Origin: Plasmodiophora brassicae
Taxonomy: Eukaryota
NCBI GenBank assembly: GCA_036867785.1
Contig: CP145421.1
Span: 186,001 to 250,000 of the forward strand
Reading direction: 5' to 3'
Length of the DNA: 64,000 bases
A program made the translations under genes and the position numbers. The notes below the pieces were generated by a model, which was not told where the DNA came from, ran no database searches, and worked only from the letters and a program-made list of their open reading frames with translations. Below, piece by piece: positions 12,233 through 22,707 of this stretch. The first letter of the stretch is position 1, and every line of letters starts with the position of its first letter.

Positions 12233-13594
12233 ATGCTGTTGGCGACGTGGCGCCGGCATGTGTCGTCGTCGGCGATGCGGTACGCGCAGATGATGTCGAG
12301 CGGCGGATACATGCATTCCGGGTACTCGCAGCCGGAGTCGGAAACGACCACCAGGGTGCTGGTCACCGGGGCCGGCGGCCAGATCGGCGCGGAACTCGTC
12401 GGCGCGTTTTCTGCCATCTGGGGCGCCGACAACGTCATCGCCAGCGATATCAAGATGCCCAGGACGAACGATTCCCAGTTCGTCTACCTTGACGGTAGGT
12501 CCCCGACACGTGTGGGAGAATGGCAGACCGACAACTCCTTTGACTGCCTCAGTGCTCCGCTTCGACGATATGGCCAGAATCGTCGCCGAGAACCGCATCA
12601 CAATGGTTGTCCATTTAGCATCGCTCCTGTCGGCGGTCGGCGAGCGGAACCCGCAGCTGGCTCTGAAACTGAACGTTCGCGGCACCGAGCACGTCCTCGA
12701 ACTGGTAATGCCCTCGCGGCGGCCCCGCCGTCGCGTTGCTGAAGCCCGGCGCATAGGCTCGCGCCAACGACCTGAAGGTGTTCATTCCATCGTCGATTGC
12801 CGCGTTCGGTGCAACGACGCCTCGGGAGATGACCCCGGACGAGACGATCACGAGGCCGAACACGGTGTACGGTATCACGAAGGTCTACTCGGAGATGCTG
12901 GGCGATTATTACGCGCGCCGTTACGATGTCGACTTCCGCTCGCTTCGGTACCCAGGTCCCCGTGTCATGCACCCAACGCTGTCGTTTGCTGCTGCTGAAA
13001 TCCGCACCGGTCAGGAATCATCTCCCCCAGTCCTCCTGGTGGTGGCACAACAGACTGTACGCCCTGACGCGTCGTTCCTCGTACGGGTGGCTAACAATGC
13101 TCCAGATGCCGTCGACATCTACTTTGCGGCGCTGAAAACCGGCAAGTACACGTGCTTCCTGAAACCGGACACGGAGCGTAAGGTTTTGTCAGTCGCGCCA
13201 GCTGCTCGACCGTACTGACTGCCTCGTGTGCCAGTCCCAATGCTCTACATGCCCGACTGCGTCATGGTACGTTGCGCTCTTCGAGACACCCACGAGGTCT
13301 GACGCCCCGCAGGGGACATGCCAGCTGCTGCAGGCGCCCAAGGAGGCGTTGACGAGGACGACATACAACATGACGGGGATGTCATTCACGCCGGCCACGC
13401 TGGCCGCGTCGATCCAGAAAGTCCTCCCGGGGTTCCAGATCGAGTACGCGCCCGACTTCCGCCAGGCGATCGCCGACACGTGGCCGCGATCGATCGACGA
13501 TTCGCTGGCCCGACGCGACTGGCAGTGGACGCCGAACTTCGACCTCGACCGCATGACGTGCGACATGCTCGAACAGATTAAGCGGCTTCTGTAA
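12233..13594 (+). CDS. TDH: L-threonine 3-dehydrogenase (SDR type), probably mitochondrial, multi-exon
   Basis: RVLVTGAGGQIGAEL, NVIASDIK, HLASLLSAVGE, FIPSSIAAFG, YGITK catalytic motif, DFRQAIADTWPRSIDDS; Arg/Ser-containing, acid-free N-terminal presequence. Confidence 0.9.
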
Positions 13595-13753
13595 AATGCG
13601 GGATGATGGACCCTTCGGATCCAGTGCAGGGCGCAAAAATCTATTATAAGAAAAGCGTGGCGGACTTGTTGTTTTGGAGGGGGGCGCAGTTTGCTGCGGG
13701 GCGCCCCGTGGGTCGCTTCCGAAGCCTGATCAATTGATCATTCGGGTAATGTC

Positions 13754-14989
13754 ATGTCGGGTGGAAGGGGCGACGCGATCACGTTCCCGGAGCTGGATGG
13801 CGAGTACGAGGTCCTCCGTGTGGTATCGCGTGGGACGTTCTCGACCGTGTACCTGGCGCGGCTGCGCGCCCACCCGGACCGGCATGTCGCGCTGAAGCGG
13901 GTCATGAGGACGTCCGCCCCGGAGCGGACGGCCAACGAGGTCGAATGCCTGATCATGGCCGGTGGCCGGTGCAATGTCTGCCCGATACTTCACGCGAACC
14001 GGTGCGTTCTGGTAGAAACCATGCCCACCGGTCTCGTGATGCGTCCTTCTCAGGTTCGAGGACCAGGTCACGCTCGTTCTGCAGTACTTCCCGCATGACG
14101 ACTTCAAGGATTACTTCGAGTGTGGCCATTCTACTGGTTCGGTGGTCATTACTAACCGGCTATGTGCAGCGTCATGACCCTGGACGAGATTCAAGCGTAC
14201 ATGTGGTCGCTGTTCGAAGCCCTGGAATGCGTTCATTCCCTGGGCATAATTCATCGGTCCGCGCGCATCCCCTCAGCAATGCAACACAAAGCAGTGTGTC
14301 TGACTGTTTGACAACGCAGAGATGTGAAGCCGTCGAACTTCTTGTACAATCGCGATGCGGGGCGGTTTCAGCTGATAGACTTCGGGTTGGCCCAGCAAGT
14401 TAGCAAGCTTCGCGAGAAAGGCGATCGTCGTGCTGCTGACCCTGGCGGGCCACGAGTGCCGCTAGGTGCAGTAGATCGCGCAGGTACGCGCGGGTTCCGG
14501 GCCCCTGAGGTCCTTCTCCTCGTGAAGCACCAGACGGTTGCCATTGACATATGGTCTGCTGGAGCTATTCTGCTTTGCATTATTACCGGACGGTACCCGT
14601 TCTTTCAGTCTGCCGACGACATGACCGCCATTGCGGAGGTATCCCTGCTCCTGTTTGCAAAGCGCATCGATCTCAGGCCGCTGCTGCACAGATGGCAGCA
14701 ATATTCGGATCGACGCGCCTACGTGAAGCGGCCGCAAGCTTGAACCGGTCGATATCTCTGCCGGAGCGCATACCCGCCCGGTCATGGAGAGATCTGCGGC
14801 AGTTCTTGGATGGCGGCTCGAGAGACGACCTGCCGGACACGCTCTTCGATCTCCTGGACAGATGCTTAGGTCGGGATGGCCTGACGATGCTGTTGTCGCA
14901 TTTGTATTCATCTGAAACCCGCAGAACCGAAACCGGGTTCCAGGATCACCGCTGCGGAAGCCCTGAAACATCCCTTCTTCAATACGTAG
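13754..14989 (+). CDS. CDC7: Cell division cycle 7 (CDC7) protein kinase, multi-exon
   Basis: GTFSTVYLA, VALKRVMRTSAPERTANEVECL..AGG, DVKPSNFL, DFGLA, RAGTRGFRAPEVL, QTVAIDIWSAG, GRYPFF, RITAAEALKHPFF. Confidence 0.9.
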
Positions 14990-15345
14990 AATATCTCAAA
15001 AGAACCCCCATTATTATTGCATCGCTTGATGGGCCCAACCGAAGGCCTGTGCACCCATTCGCGATCCACGTGCGTCCCATCTGGAATCCTGTTCGATAAG
15101 CTTGGACGAATCGCGTCTGTTTACATGATGCGCAGACCCAGGAATATGGAATTGTATAATACACGCTCTTGTCATGAAGGCTGTATAATACAGGTAATTC
15201 GGTCCGGATCCAAACCAATGTCCTGAACTAACTCATTCCCCTTCAATTGTTCGGGAAGCTGTCTCCGTCCCCCATCACGTTTGTTCTTTTCCGCCGATGT
15301 CGATGCAGACCAAAGGCCAAGCGTCGACGTGTGACAGACAACTGG

Positions 15346-15819
15346 GTCGGACGTGCTAGAGCAAGGAGCATCCCTGGCGGACCTGCAAGAAGGCCCGAGC
15401 ATGCTCGGGGAGTACACGTGCGGTGCAGCAGCGGCGAGCTGGCAAGCGGGACGAGCGAGGCGCCGGTGCGCAATCCAGGGAAGGGCGAGCGGCTCCGGGT
15501 ACCTGTCAAGATCGACCTCAATGAGTGCGATAAGGATCCGTGGGAAGATCGCGAGGCGGTGAAGACCTGACTGAACGAGCCATGTCGCTGGTCCGACGCG
15601 TGGACGCGAGTCGGGAGGACGCGGAGAACAACGTGCTGTCCAAGTACATGCACCCGGCCCAGCGGGGGCACGCCGGGGCGTCGACCTGGCTGTTCCCGAC
15701 CGAGTCGTTCGTGCAAGTGCTCGTGGACGCACGCGAATACCTCTTGGACAAGGAGGCGCGGATACGGCGGCCAAATCCCTCAAGCAGGGGGATGGCGAGA
15801 CCCTGACGGCCGTCCTGCC
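15346..15819 (+). mobile_element. Degenerate retroelement gag-like fragment(s)
   Basis: 15346-15393 recurs at about 18386-18433; 15778-15819 (LKQGDGETLTA) recurs inverted at about 18657-18698. Contains frameshifts and stops and is fused directly to a Copia integrase fragment. Confidence 0.5.
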
Positions 15820-17287
15820 TGTTACTTACGGAACCGCAGCAGCAGCAGGGCTCTGGACGTCGGAGTGACCCCGTACGAGAAGGTGCACAATGCCAAGCCG
15901 GACGTGGCACACCTGCGGATGTGGGGTTGCAGGGCCATGTATAAGGACGGCAAGGCCAGGAAGCTGGACTCGAAGGCGCGCAGAGGCATCTTCGTCGGAT
16001 ACCCGGAAGCGACCAAAGGCTACCGAGTCTACGACCCAGTAGTACGGTCCAAGGTCGCTATAACGAGAGACGTCGTGTTCTACGAAGACCAATTCGGCGA
16101 CGATGATGATGACGAAGTACCAGATCTGGTGTCGGAATCGGAAGATGATCAGGATGATGACGGTGGTAAGGAGCAGGAGGAGACCCAGGAACGACGTTCG
16201 GAACGAGAACGGAAGGCGCCTGTCCGGTATGGGCTCGACGAGTATGCCGGGATGGCGGTCGAGGAAACACTCCTGACGGCCCAAGGAGATCCGAGAACGA
16301 GGCTGGAGGCGCTAGAGTCGGCGAATGCACAAGAGTGGCAAGTCGCGATCGATGACGAGCTGCGAGCCCTGAACAAGAACCAGATCTGGGAGCTGTGCCC
16401 AAGACCAGCTGAACGGAAGGTCATCGACGGCCGTTGGGTGTTCAAACTGAAACAGGACCAGGATGGCAACCCATCTCGGTGCAAAGCTCGCTACGTTGCA
16501 CGAGGGTTCACTCAAGTCCCTGGAACGGATTTCGTGGACACCTACGCGCCGGTGGCATCAACGACAATGCAGAGGGCTCTATTGTCTATGGCTGCCATGA
16601 ACGACCTTGAGATCTACCAGCTCGATATTGAAACGAGTTTTCAACACCAGGATGTGCGCGAGGAGCTCTACATCGAGTTGCCGGAAGGGTATGTTTTCCC
16701 AGAAGGAACAAGCCGGAAGACACACTGCGGGAGGCTACAAAAGGCGCTGTACGGGCTCAAGCAGGCGGCGTTCGAGCTTGATCGAAAGATTCGAGACGTC
16801 CTGACGAAGGCGGGGTACACCTTCAGCAGAGAAGATCCGTGCGTATTCTACCGTGTGTACAAGGGCAACTATCTGGTCTGCACAATTCATATCGACGACT
16901 TGTGCGTGGCGACGACGGTAAGGCTGATCATGTACGAGGATTTGAAGCAAGCGCTGGAAAAGGAGTTTCCTGTCAAGGATCTAGGCGATGTCAACTTCCT
17001 GCTAGGTTGCAAGATCGAACGAGACCGGAAGCGAAGGACATTGGCATTGAGCCAACAGGCGTACGCGAAGCGAGCGGTGGAGCGCTTCAACATGCACGAT
17101 GCAAAACCGGCCGCTACTCCAAGCTCGACCTCGATGCAGCTAAAGAAGGGGCCAGCGGTCGACAGCGGGTTCCCGTACCGTGAGGCGGTCGGGACGTTGA
17201 TGTATTTGGCGGTCATGACGCGGCCGGATATCATGGAGGCGGTCAGCGCTGTCGCTAGGTTTGTCGAATGCCCAACCGCAGAACACG
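15820..17287 (+). mobile_element. Truncated Ty1/Copia LTR-retrotransposon pol (integrase C-terminus + reverse transcriptase)
   Basis: YLRNRSSSRAL..TPYEK..KPDVAHLRMWGC, KLDSKARRGIFVGY, RWVFKLK, KARYVARGFTQ, QLDIETSF, LQKALYGLKQA, HIDD, KDLG, YREAVGTLMYL..TRPDI; no gag, protease or LTR recognised. Confidence 0.95.
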
Positions 17288-18135
17288 CCACCGCTCCTCC
17301 GTTCAGCGGCATGAGCATGCCCGAGACCGACCTGCGATCGTCAGGGTCTTGCGCCCACGTCGCGTCCCCATACACCCGTAGACCGTTCTCTATTCCGAAC
17401 ACGATCCCGTGCTCGATCGTCCTCTTGACGTACCGGAGAATGCGCTTCACAGCGGTTACGTGTTCTGCGGTTGGGCATTCGACAAACCTAGCGACAGCGC
17501 TGACCGCCTCCATGATATCCGGCCGCGTCATGACCGCCAAATACATCAACGTCCCGACCGCCTCACGGTACGGGAACCCGCTGTCGACCGCTGGCCCCTT
17601 CTTTAGCTGCATCGAGGTCGAGCTTGGAGTAGCGGCCGGTTTTGCATCGTGCATGTTGAAGCGCTCCACCGCTCGCTTCGCGTACGCCTGTTGGCTCAAT
17701 GCCAATGTCCTTCGCTTCCGGTCTCGTTCGATCTTGCAACCTAGCAGGAAGTTGACATCGCCTAGATCCTTGACAGGAAACTCCTTTTCCAGCGCTTGCT
17801 TCAAATCCTCGTACATGATCAGCCTTACCGTCGTCGCCACGCACAAGTCGTCGATATGAATTGCGCAGACCAGATAGTTGCCCTTGTACACACGGTAGAA
17901 TACGCACGGATCTTCTCTGCTGAAGGTGTACCCCGCCTTCGTCAGGACGTCTCGAATCTTTCAATCAAGCTCGAACGCCGCAGGTGTCCACGAATCCGTT
18001 CCAGGGACTTGAGCGAACCCTCGTGCAACGTAGCGAGCTTTGTACCGAGATGGGTTGCCGTCCTGGTCCCGTCTCAGTTTGAAACACCCAACGGCCGTCG
18101 ATGACCTTCCGTTCAGCTGGTCTTGGGCACAGCTC
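17288..18135 (-). mobile_element. Second, inverted and internally deleted copy of the same Copia RT region, reaching the start of RNase H
   Basis: 17459-17981 is the reverse complement of 16765-17287, and 17982-18135 is the reverse complement of 16390-16543. 17288-17458 continues in frame on the minus strand (AVKRILRYVK...YGDATWAQDPDDRRSVSG). Confidence 0.95.
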
Positions 18136-18643
18136 GCGCTAGGAGTACTGGGGGAACGGCCCCGATCACGCACAGGACAACGAGGTCTATGACATCTACC
18201 TGGCGTCGCTCAACACGCAGGACGTGCGCAACAAGCTCGAGACAAAGCACATGCTCTGGGAGCATCTGGAGACTTGGCGGACGTACCGCGGGAAGATCGC
18301 GTTCATACGCGAATGCCTGTACGAGGAACGCAATGCTGAAGCCGACGAAGATGGCGGTCGTCGGCGCGGTCGGCAAGACAGTGCGTCGGACGTGCCAGAG
18401 CAAGGAGCATTCCTGGCGGACCTGCAAGAAGGCTTGGCGTCGTCTGCGTTGCGCTCCTCGTAGAGGCATTCGCGTATGAACCCGATCTTCTCCCGGTAGG
18501 TCCGTCGCGTCTCCAGATGCTCCCAGAGCATGTGTTTGATCTCGAGATGGCCGCGCACCTGCGTGTTGAGCGACGCCAGGTAGATGTCATAGACCTCGTT
18601 GTCCTGTGCGTGACCGGGGCCGTTCTCCCGGTACTCCTAGCGC
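18136..18643. repeat. Inverted repeat of a gag-like fragment (arms about 18136-18339 and 18443-18643)
   Basis: The outer 86 bp of the arms differ at 3 positions; the inner parts encode diverged paralogous peptides (KHMLWEHLET.RTYR.KI.FIRECLYEERNA). Confidence 0.9.
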
Positions 18644-19551
18644 CGCCTCGAGCCGGGGCAGGAAGGCCGTCAGGGTCTCGCCATCCCCCTGCTTGAGGAC
18701 CTCCTTGGCTGCGAGAGGACCATCGCCCTGGAGTCGTCCAGATCCAGTCCGAGTGTCGCGATCTCTCCCCTCTGCTGGATTCGTTCCTCGTCCTGGACCT
18801 TCAAGTGCGCGATGGTCGACCCCAACATGGTGCGCATCTCGTCCAAGTTCTCCGCCTTGACTGTGATCGCCGCACCCGTCGACGCATCGTCCGCCGAAAT
18901 GGTTCACCCCGTTTCTGCAAACGGTTGTGTGTGCTGGACACACGCCGCGGGGATTGCTTTTGGGCACGTGCAGCCGATATTCAGACTCCACACCTGCGTA
19001 GACCGCTCGAATACAACCGTTTGTAGAATACAGACATTCGGGGCCAGGTGCTCTCGACGCCGTGACTGGGTGGTACTCGCCACCAACGCCAACCAGCAAA
19101 CGCAGGGCCTCTCCTGCCGTGGACGCTGCTTCACGACTCTGACAAGCACGTCCGTCCCAAGTTTCCCGTCGACGACGTCACAGATGCGTCCATTATCATC
19201 GCGCATTGCCCCATTATTCGATGTTGAACAACTTCGATGTCGGCAGGTGTCGGTGCGTACTTCATGCAGGACGCACCTTTACGAAGAAGTTTCTCCCGTG
19301 TCGCGCGTCGAAAGTGCGCGTGTGACGACCAGACAGGACCAGACCATGCATCGCTGACGGTCGTTGAACTCCGGACGCGACGGACGCCTGTCCCGCCCGC
19401 GGGGTCCGCACGAACATCGCTGCGACGCAATCTATTTCTGGCGATTCCGCGGCTCTACCTGTAGCTACAGTCGCCTGCTTGCCAAAATCCTGTCTGGCGT
19501 GGATCGCGCGGACAGTCTGCAGACCCTCCAACGACAGCTTCAGCAGCGGCA

Positions 19552-20571
19552 ATGAAGGCGACCACGTTCGCTCCAGTTCTGGTGGTACTGGCGGCGCTAG
19601 CGGGTGCGGACCACTTCCAGTTCGGCGTTGGCCAGCGCGAACGTTGCGTCGAGCGCGCCTGCCGCGGCGCCGGCAGCTCGATGACGAGCGTGACGGTAAC
19701 GAGTTGCACCCAGCTCAATGCATTGGGGAAACACATCAAGCAAGTTCCGAATCTCGTGTCGATTATATTCATTGGCGAGTGGACCCCGAGATGCTCCGTC
19801 CGCAACGTTGGATCGCTCATTCACAAGATCGACGCGTCGCGAACGCCGACGTCGGACATCAGTGCCCTGTTGCACCTCACCGATCTTGTCGACCTGGACC
19901 TGTCCCACAGCCACGTCTCGGGCAGCGTCGATGTCGCCAAGTTGTCGAGCCTTGTTCAGCTGGACTTATCGCATACCGCCATCACGTCACTGACGGGGCT
20001 GGGCGACCTGAAGAATGTGAACTACCTCGATGCTTCGTACACGCCGCTGACGAGTGTTTCCGGGCTCGACCAGCTGGATCGCTTGGTCGTCCTGGACCTG
20101 TCCCACACGAAATTGCGGTTTCTGAGGAGAGTTGAGACACTACCGAATCTGGCCTACGTGGACCTGTCTCACACACGGCTTCGGAGCGCCTCCGGTTTGC
20201 TTTCTGACGCGCATCTTCTGTCATTCCTAAACTTGGACGAGACGTCAATACCAGAACGCGACACGGTGCCGCCGGGAGCTGGAGCGCCGCAAACCCTGAA
20301 GGACGACCTGGAGCTGGAAATCCTTGCCATGGAAGCGCTGGACGTGTCCGGGGGAGCGATGGTCACGAAGTGGAGCGCGCTGCTGAAGGAATCGAAACGC
20401 GTACTGGACGACTGCGAGTCGGGCGTGTTCCTGAAGGAAGTGGAGGACAGCGGGAGCTACGAGAACAAGGCCGACATGACGGAACAGGCTCGTCGTGACA
20501 ATGATGCTCGCGCACGCAAAGCCTTAGTGATGATCAAGGAGTGCTACCTGCACCTACTGGATGACAATTGA
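19552..20571 (+). CDS. Secreted leucine-rich repeat protein (candidate effector), single exon
   Basis: Signal peptide MKATTFAPVLVVLAALAGA; about 6 LxxLDLSHTxL repeats; helical C-terminal domain. Confidence 0.88.
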   Translation: MKATTFAPVLVVLAALAGADHFQFGVGQRERCVERACRGAGSSMTSVTVTSCTQLNALGKHIKQVPNLVSIIFIGEWTPRCSVRNVGSLIHKIDASRTPTSDISALLHLTDLVDLDLSHSHVSGSVDVAKLSSLVQLDLSHTAITSLTGLGDLKNVNYLDASYTPLTSVSGLDQLDRLVVLDLSHTKLRFLRRVETLPNLAYVDLSHTRLRSASGLLSDAHLLSFLNLDETSIPERDTVPPGAGAPQTLKDDLELEILAMEALDVSGGAMVTKWSALLKESKRVLDDCESGVFLKEVEDSGSYENKADMTEQARRDNDARARKALVMIKECYLHLLDDN

Positions 20572-20623
20572 GCGGCATGACGACGTCCACACGATCCTTG
20601 CATGTAAATTCACGTGTATCTTC

Positions 20624-22313
20624 TCATGACCGTAGGAAGGGCATCTTGCCCCCGTACAGAGGAGCAGGGCTGTGGCACAACGAGTCAGCCATGCACGGAT
20701 CGTGGAAATGCGATGCGACCGAGCACCTCACGAATGGAATAATCGACGCGTAGCGGGGCAGAGTTCGTTTCCACACGCTGTCAACGTCCTCTTGTACAGG
20801 GACGCCGTCCAGTCGCGTCCCGCTCGCAGCCGGGCGCTCCATCGGAACGACAACGCCGAGTTCCCAGTTGGTAACTTTGAAACTGCCGCTGCTTAGGAGG
20901 TGTCCCCATGCCGCGCTGGACACATTGTGGCTGCCGTGGTAAATCCATCCGACGGGGCCCTCATCAGAGTCGCGTCGCGCCAGAATCACCTGCCCTCACA
21001 TGTTATCCACGTACAAAGGCGAACATGACGCGACGTACCTTGGCGTGCATCAGCGAGTGTGGGCATCGCGAGCTGATGCTGTCTCGAAGGATGCCTCTCG
21101 GGAACGACGGCGACTGATACTTCGCTCTCGTGAAGAACAACGATCCCCCTTGCTGAATCGAGGACGCGACCGTATCTGCGGTAGGGAATACGACGGCGAT
21201 CGGAGGTGGATTGACAGCACCCTTCGCAGACGGAGTCGTTGGCGAAAGCCCTGACGCGAACTTGTAGAAGTCATGCATCCAGTGCGTCGTGAGCGCTCCC
21301 AGGGACGACGTCGAGCATTCCAGCTTGAGCAGGCGCTGCGATACATCAGGCGCCGTGGCTCCAATGGCCTTGACCGCCCGTGATAGCGCGCGTAAACCGT
21401 AATCCGGATCGGTTCTGGCGTGCGTTCCCGGTCGAGACGCCACGATGCGCGCCTACAGCGACGTGTAAGCGCGCGCACCATTGCAGGCACGTCGGTGCCA
21501 GACCTTTGCACCTGCGAATTCGTACCGATCGAATTCACTGACCACATCCGACGGCGCGTTTAGCGCGACGATGAACGAGCGAAGGTCGTTGTAGAAGGCG
21601 TTGTTCGCGTTGCTCGAGGACGGTCGCAGTGGGAAATCCTGAACAAACACAATGTTCTTCTAGGCGTAAGCACCATCCGGGCGACGTGCCAGAACCATGA
21701 CGAGCCCGACCTCGTAACCGCCGTAGTCCACAGGGACCAGGTTCCCGGAGCTGATCACGACCCGCAGGAAGCCGTCGTACGAGAGCAGCATCAGCTTGGC
21801 GTGCATGCAGCTGAACGCGGGCTTTGGAGGATGCAATATTCGCCACTGGTCACGCCGTCTGACCCCTGCCTGGACATAACAGCGCGTGTTAGAGAGCGAT
21901 AAGTCCATACAGACTGGGGAGTGTACCCTGTCTCCGTCCGCCGCCTGCCAATGCAAGGCAATGCAAACATCTGGAACGGACGCGAGCTTCTCGCGCAACC
22001 ACTCCTCGTCAATGATGTACGTCGTCAGGAACGCGCGTTTCAGCCTCGGCGCATCGATCAAATCGTCAAAGGCGATCCCGTTGCCGCCCCGGTACTCCTC
22101 CAGCGGCACCTCGGTCAGGATCGACTCGCCCGTCGCGAACCGCAGCGTCGGTCGTTTCGCGCGCGGCTCGCCCCCGCCGCCGTCGACCTGCAGCGCCCGC
22201 TTCCTCGCCAGACGCTCCCTCTCCATCTCCGCCCGCGATGGCACCGGCGCCGACACCGACGCTGCTATCGCGCGCGCCATCGCATCCTTGCCGGACCCGT
22301 CGTCGGTCGTCAT
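20624..22313 (-). CDS. TDP1: Tyrosyl-DNA phosphodiesterase 1, multi-exon
   Basis: Two HxK...N motifs: MHAKLMLL..DGFLRVVISSGNL and MHAK...WIYHGSHNVSSAAWG; NWELGVV. Confidence 0.92.
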
Positions 22314-22707
22314 CGACGATCAACCCGTGTGCAGTCGCGGCAGTTCCGCAAAAAGGACGCGTCGCCACGACGACGACGTCCCGATCATGTTCCCGCGCAC
22401 GTCTCTGCCAGCAGGTGCCATGCCCATCGGTGGCGTAGTGCGTCGCGGCAATCGATTAACAGCGGCGCCCCAGGGCGTGGTTGCCTTCAGCGGACGAACC
22501 GATTTCTGGGTCATACCCAGTGGTGCGTTTCGGCAGGTGGGCGCACAGGTATCTGCATAGTGTGGTTATTGATGGCCGTCCAGCAGAGAGGACCCTCCCA
22601 GTCGTGCAACACCTGTATCGCGAACGTACGATCAACAGGGGCGGGCAGGACGCCGCGCGGTGCAGCCGAGCGCCTCCAATCTGCGCCACGCAGGGCGACG
22701 CCAGGTC

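Noticed and set aside
14990-15345. LTR or target-site duplication bounding the Copia fragment
   Set aside because: No matching direct repeat, PBS or PPT found on the other side; only a local 10-bp TGTATAATAC duplication.
15865-17859. 664-aa ORF as an intact novel polyprotein
   Set aside because: Its last ~190 aa are antisense read-through of the inverted RT copy, a by-product of the fold-back.
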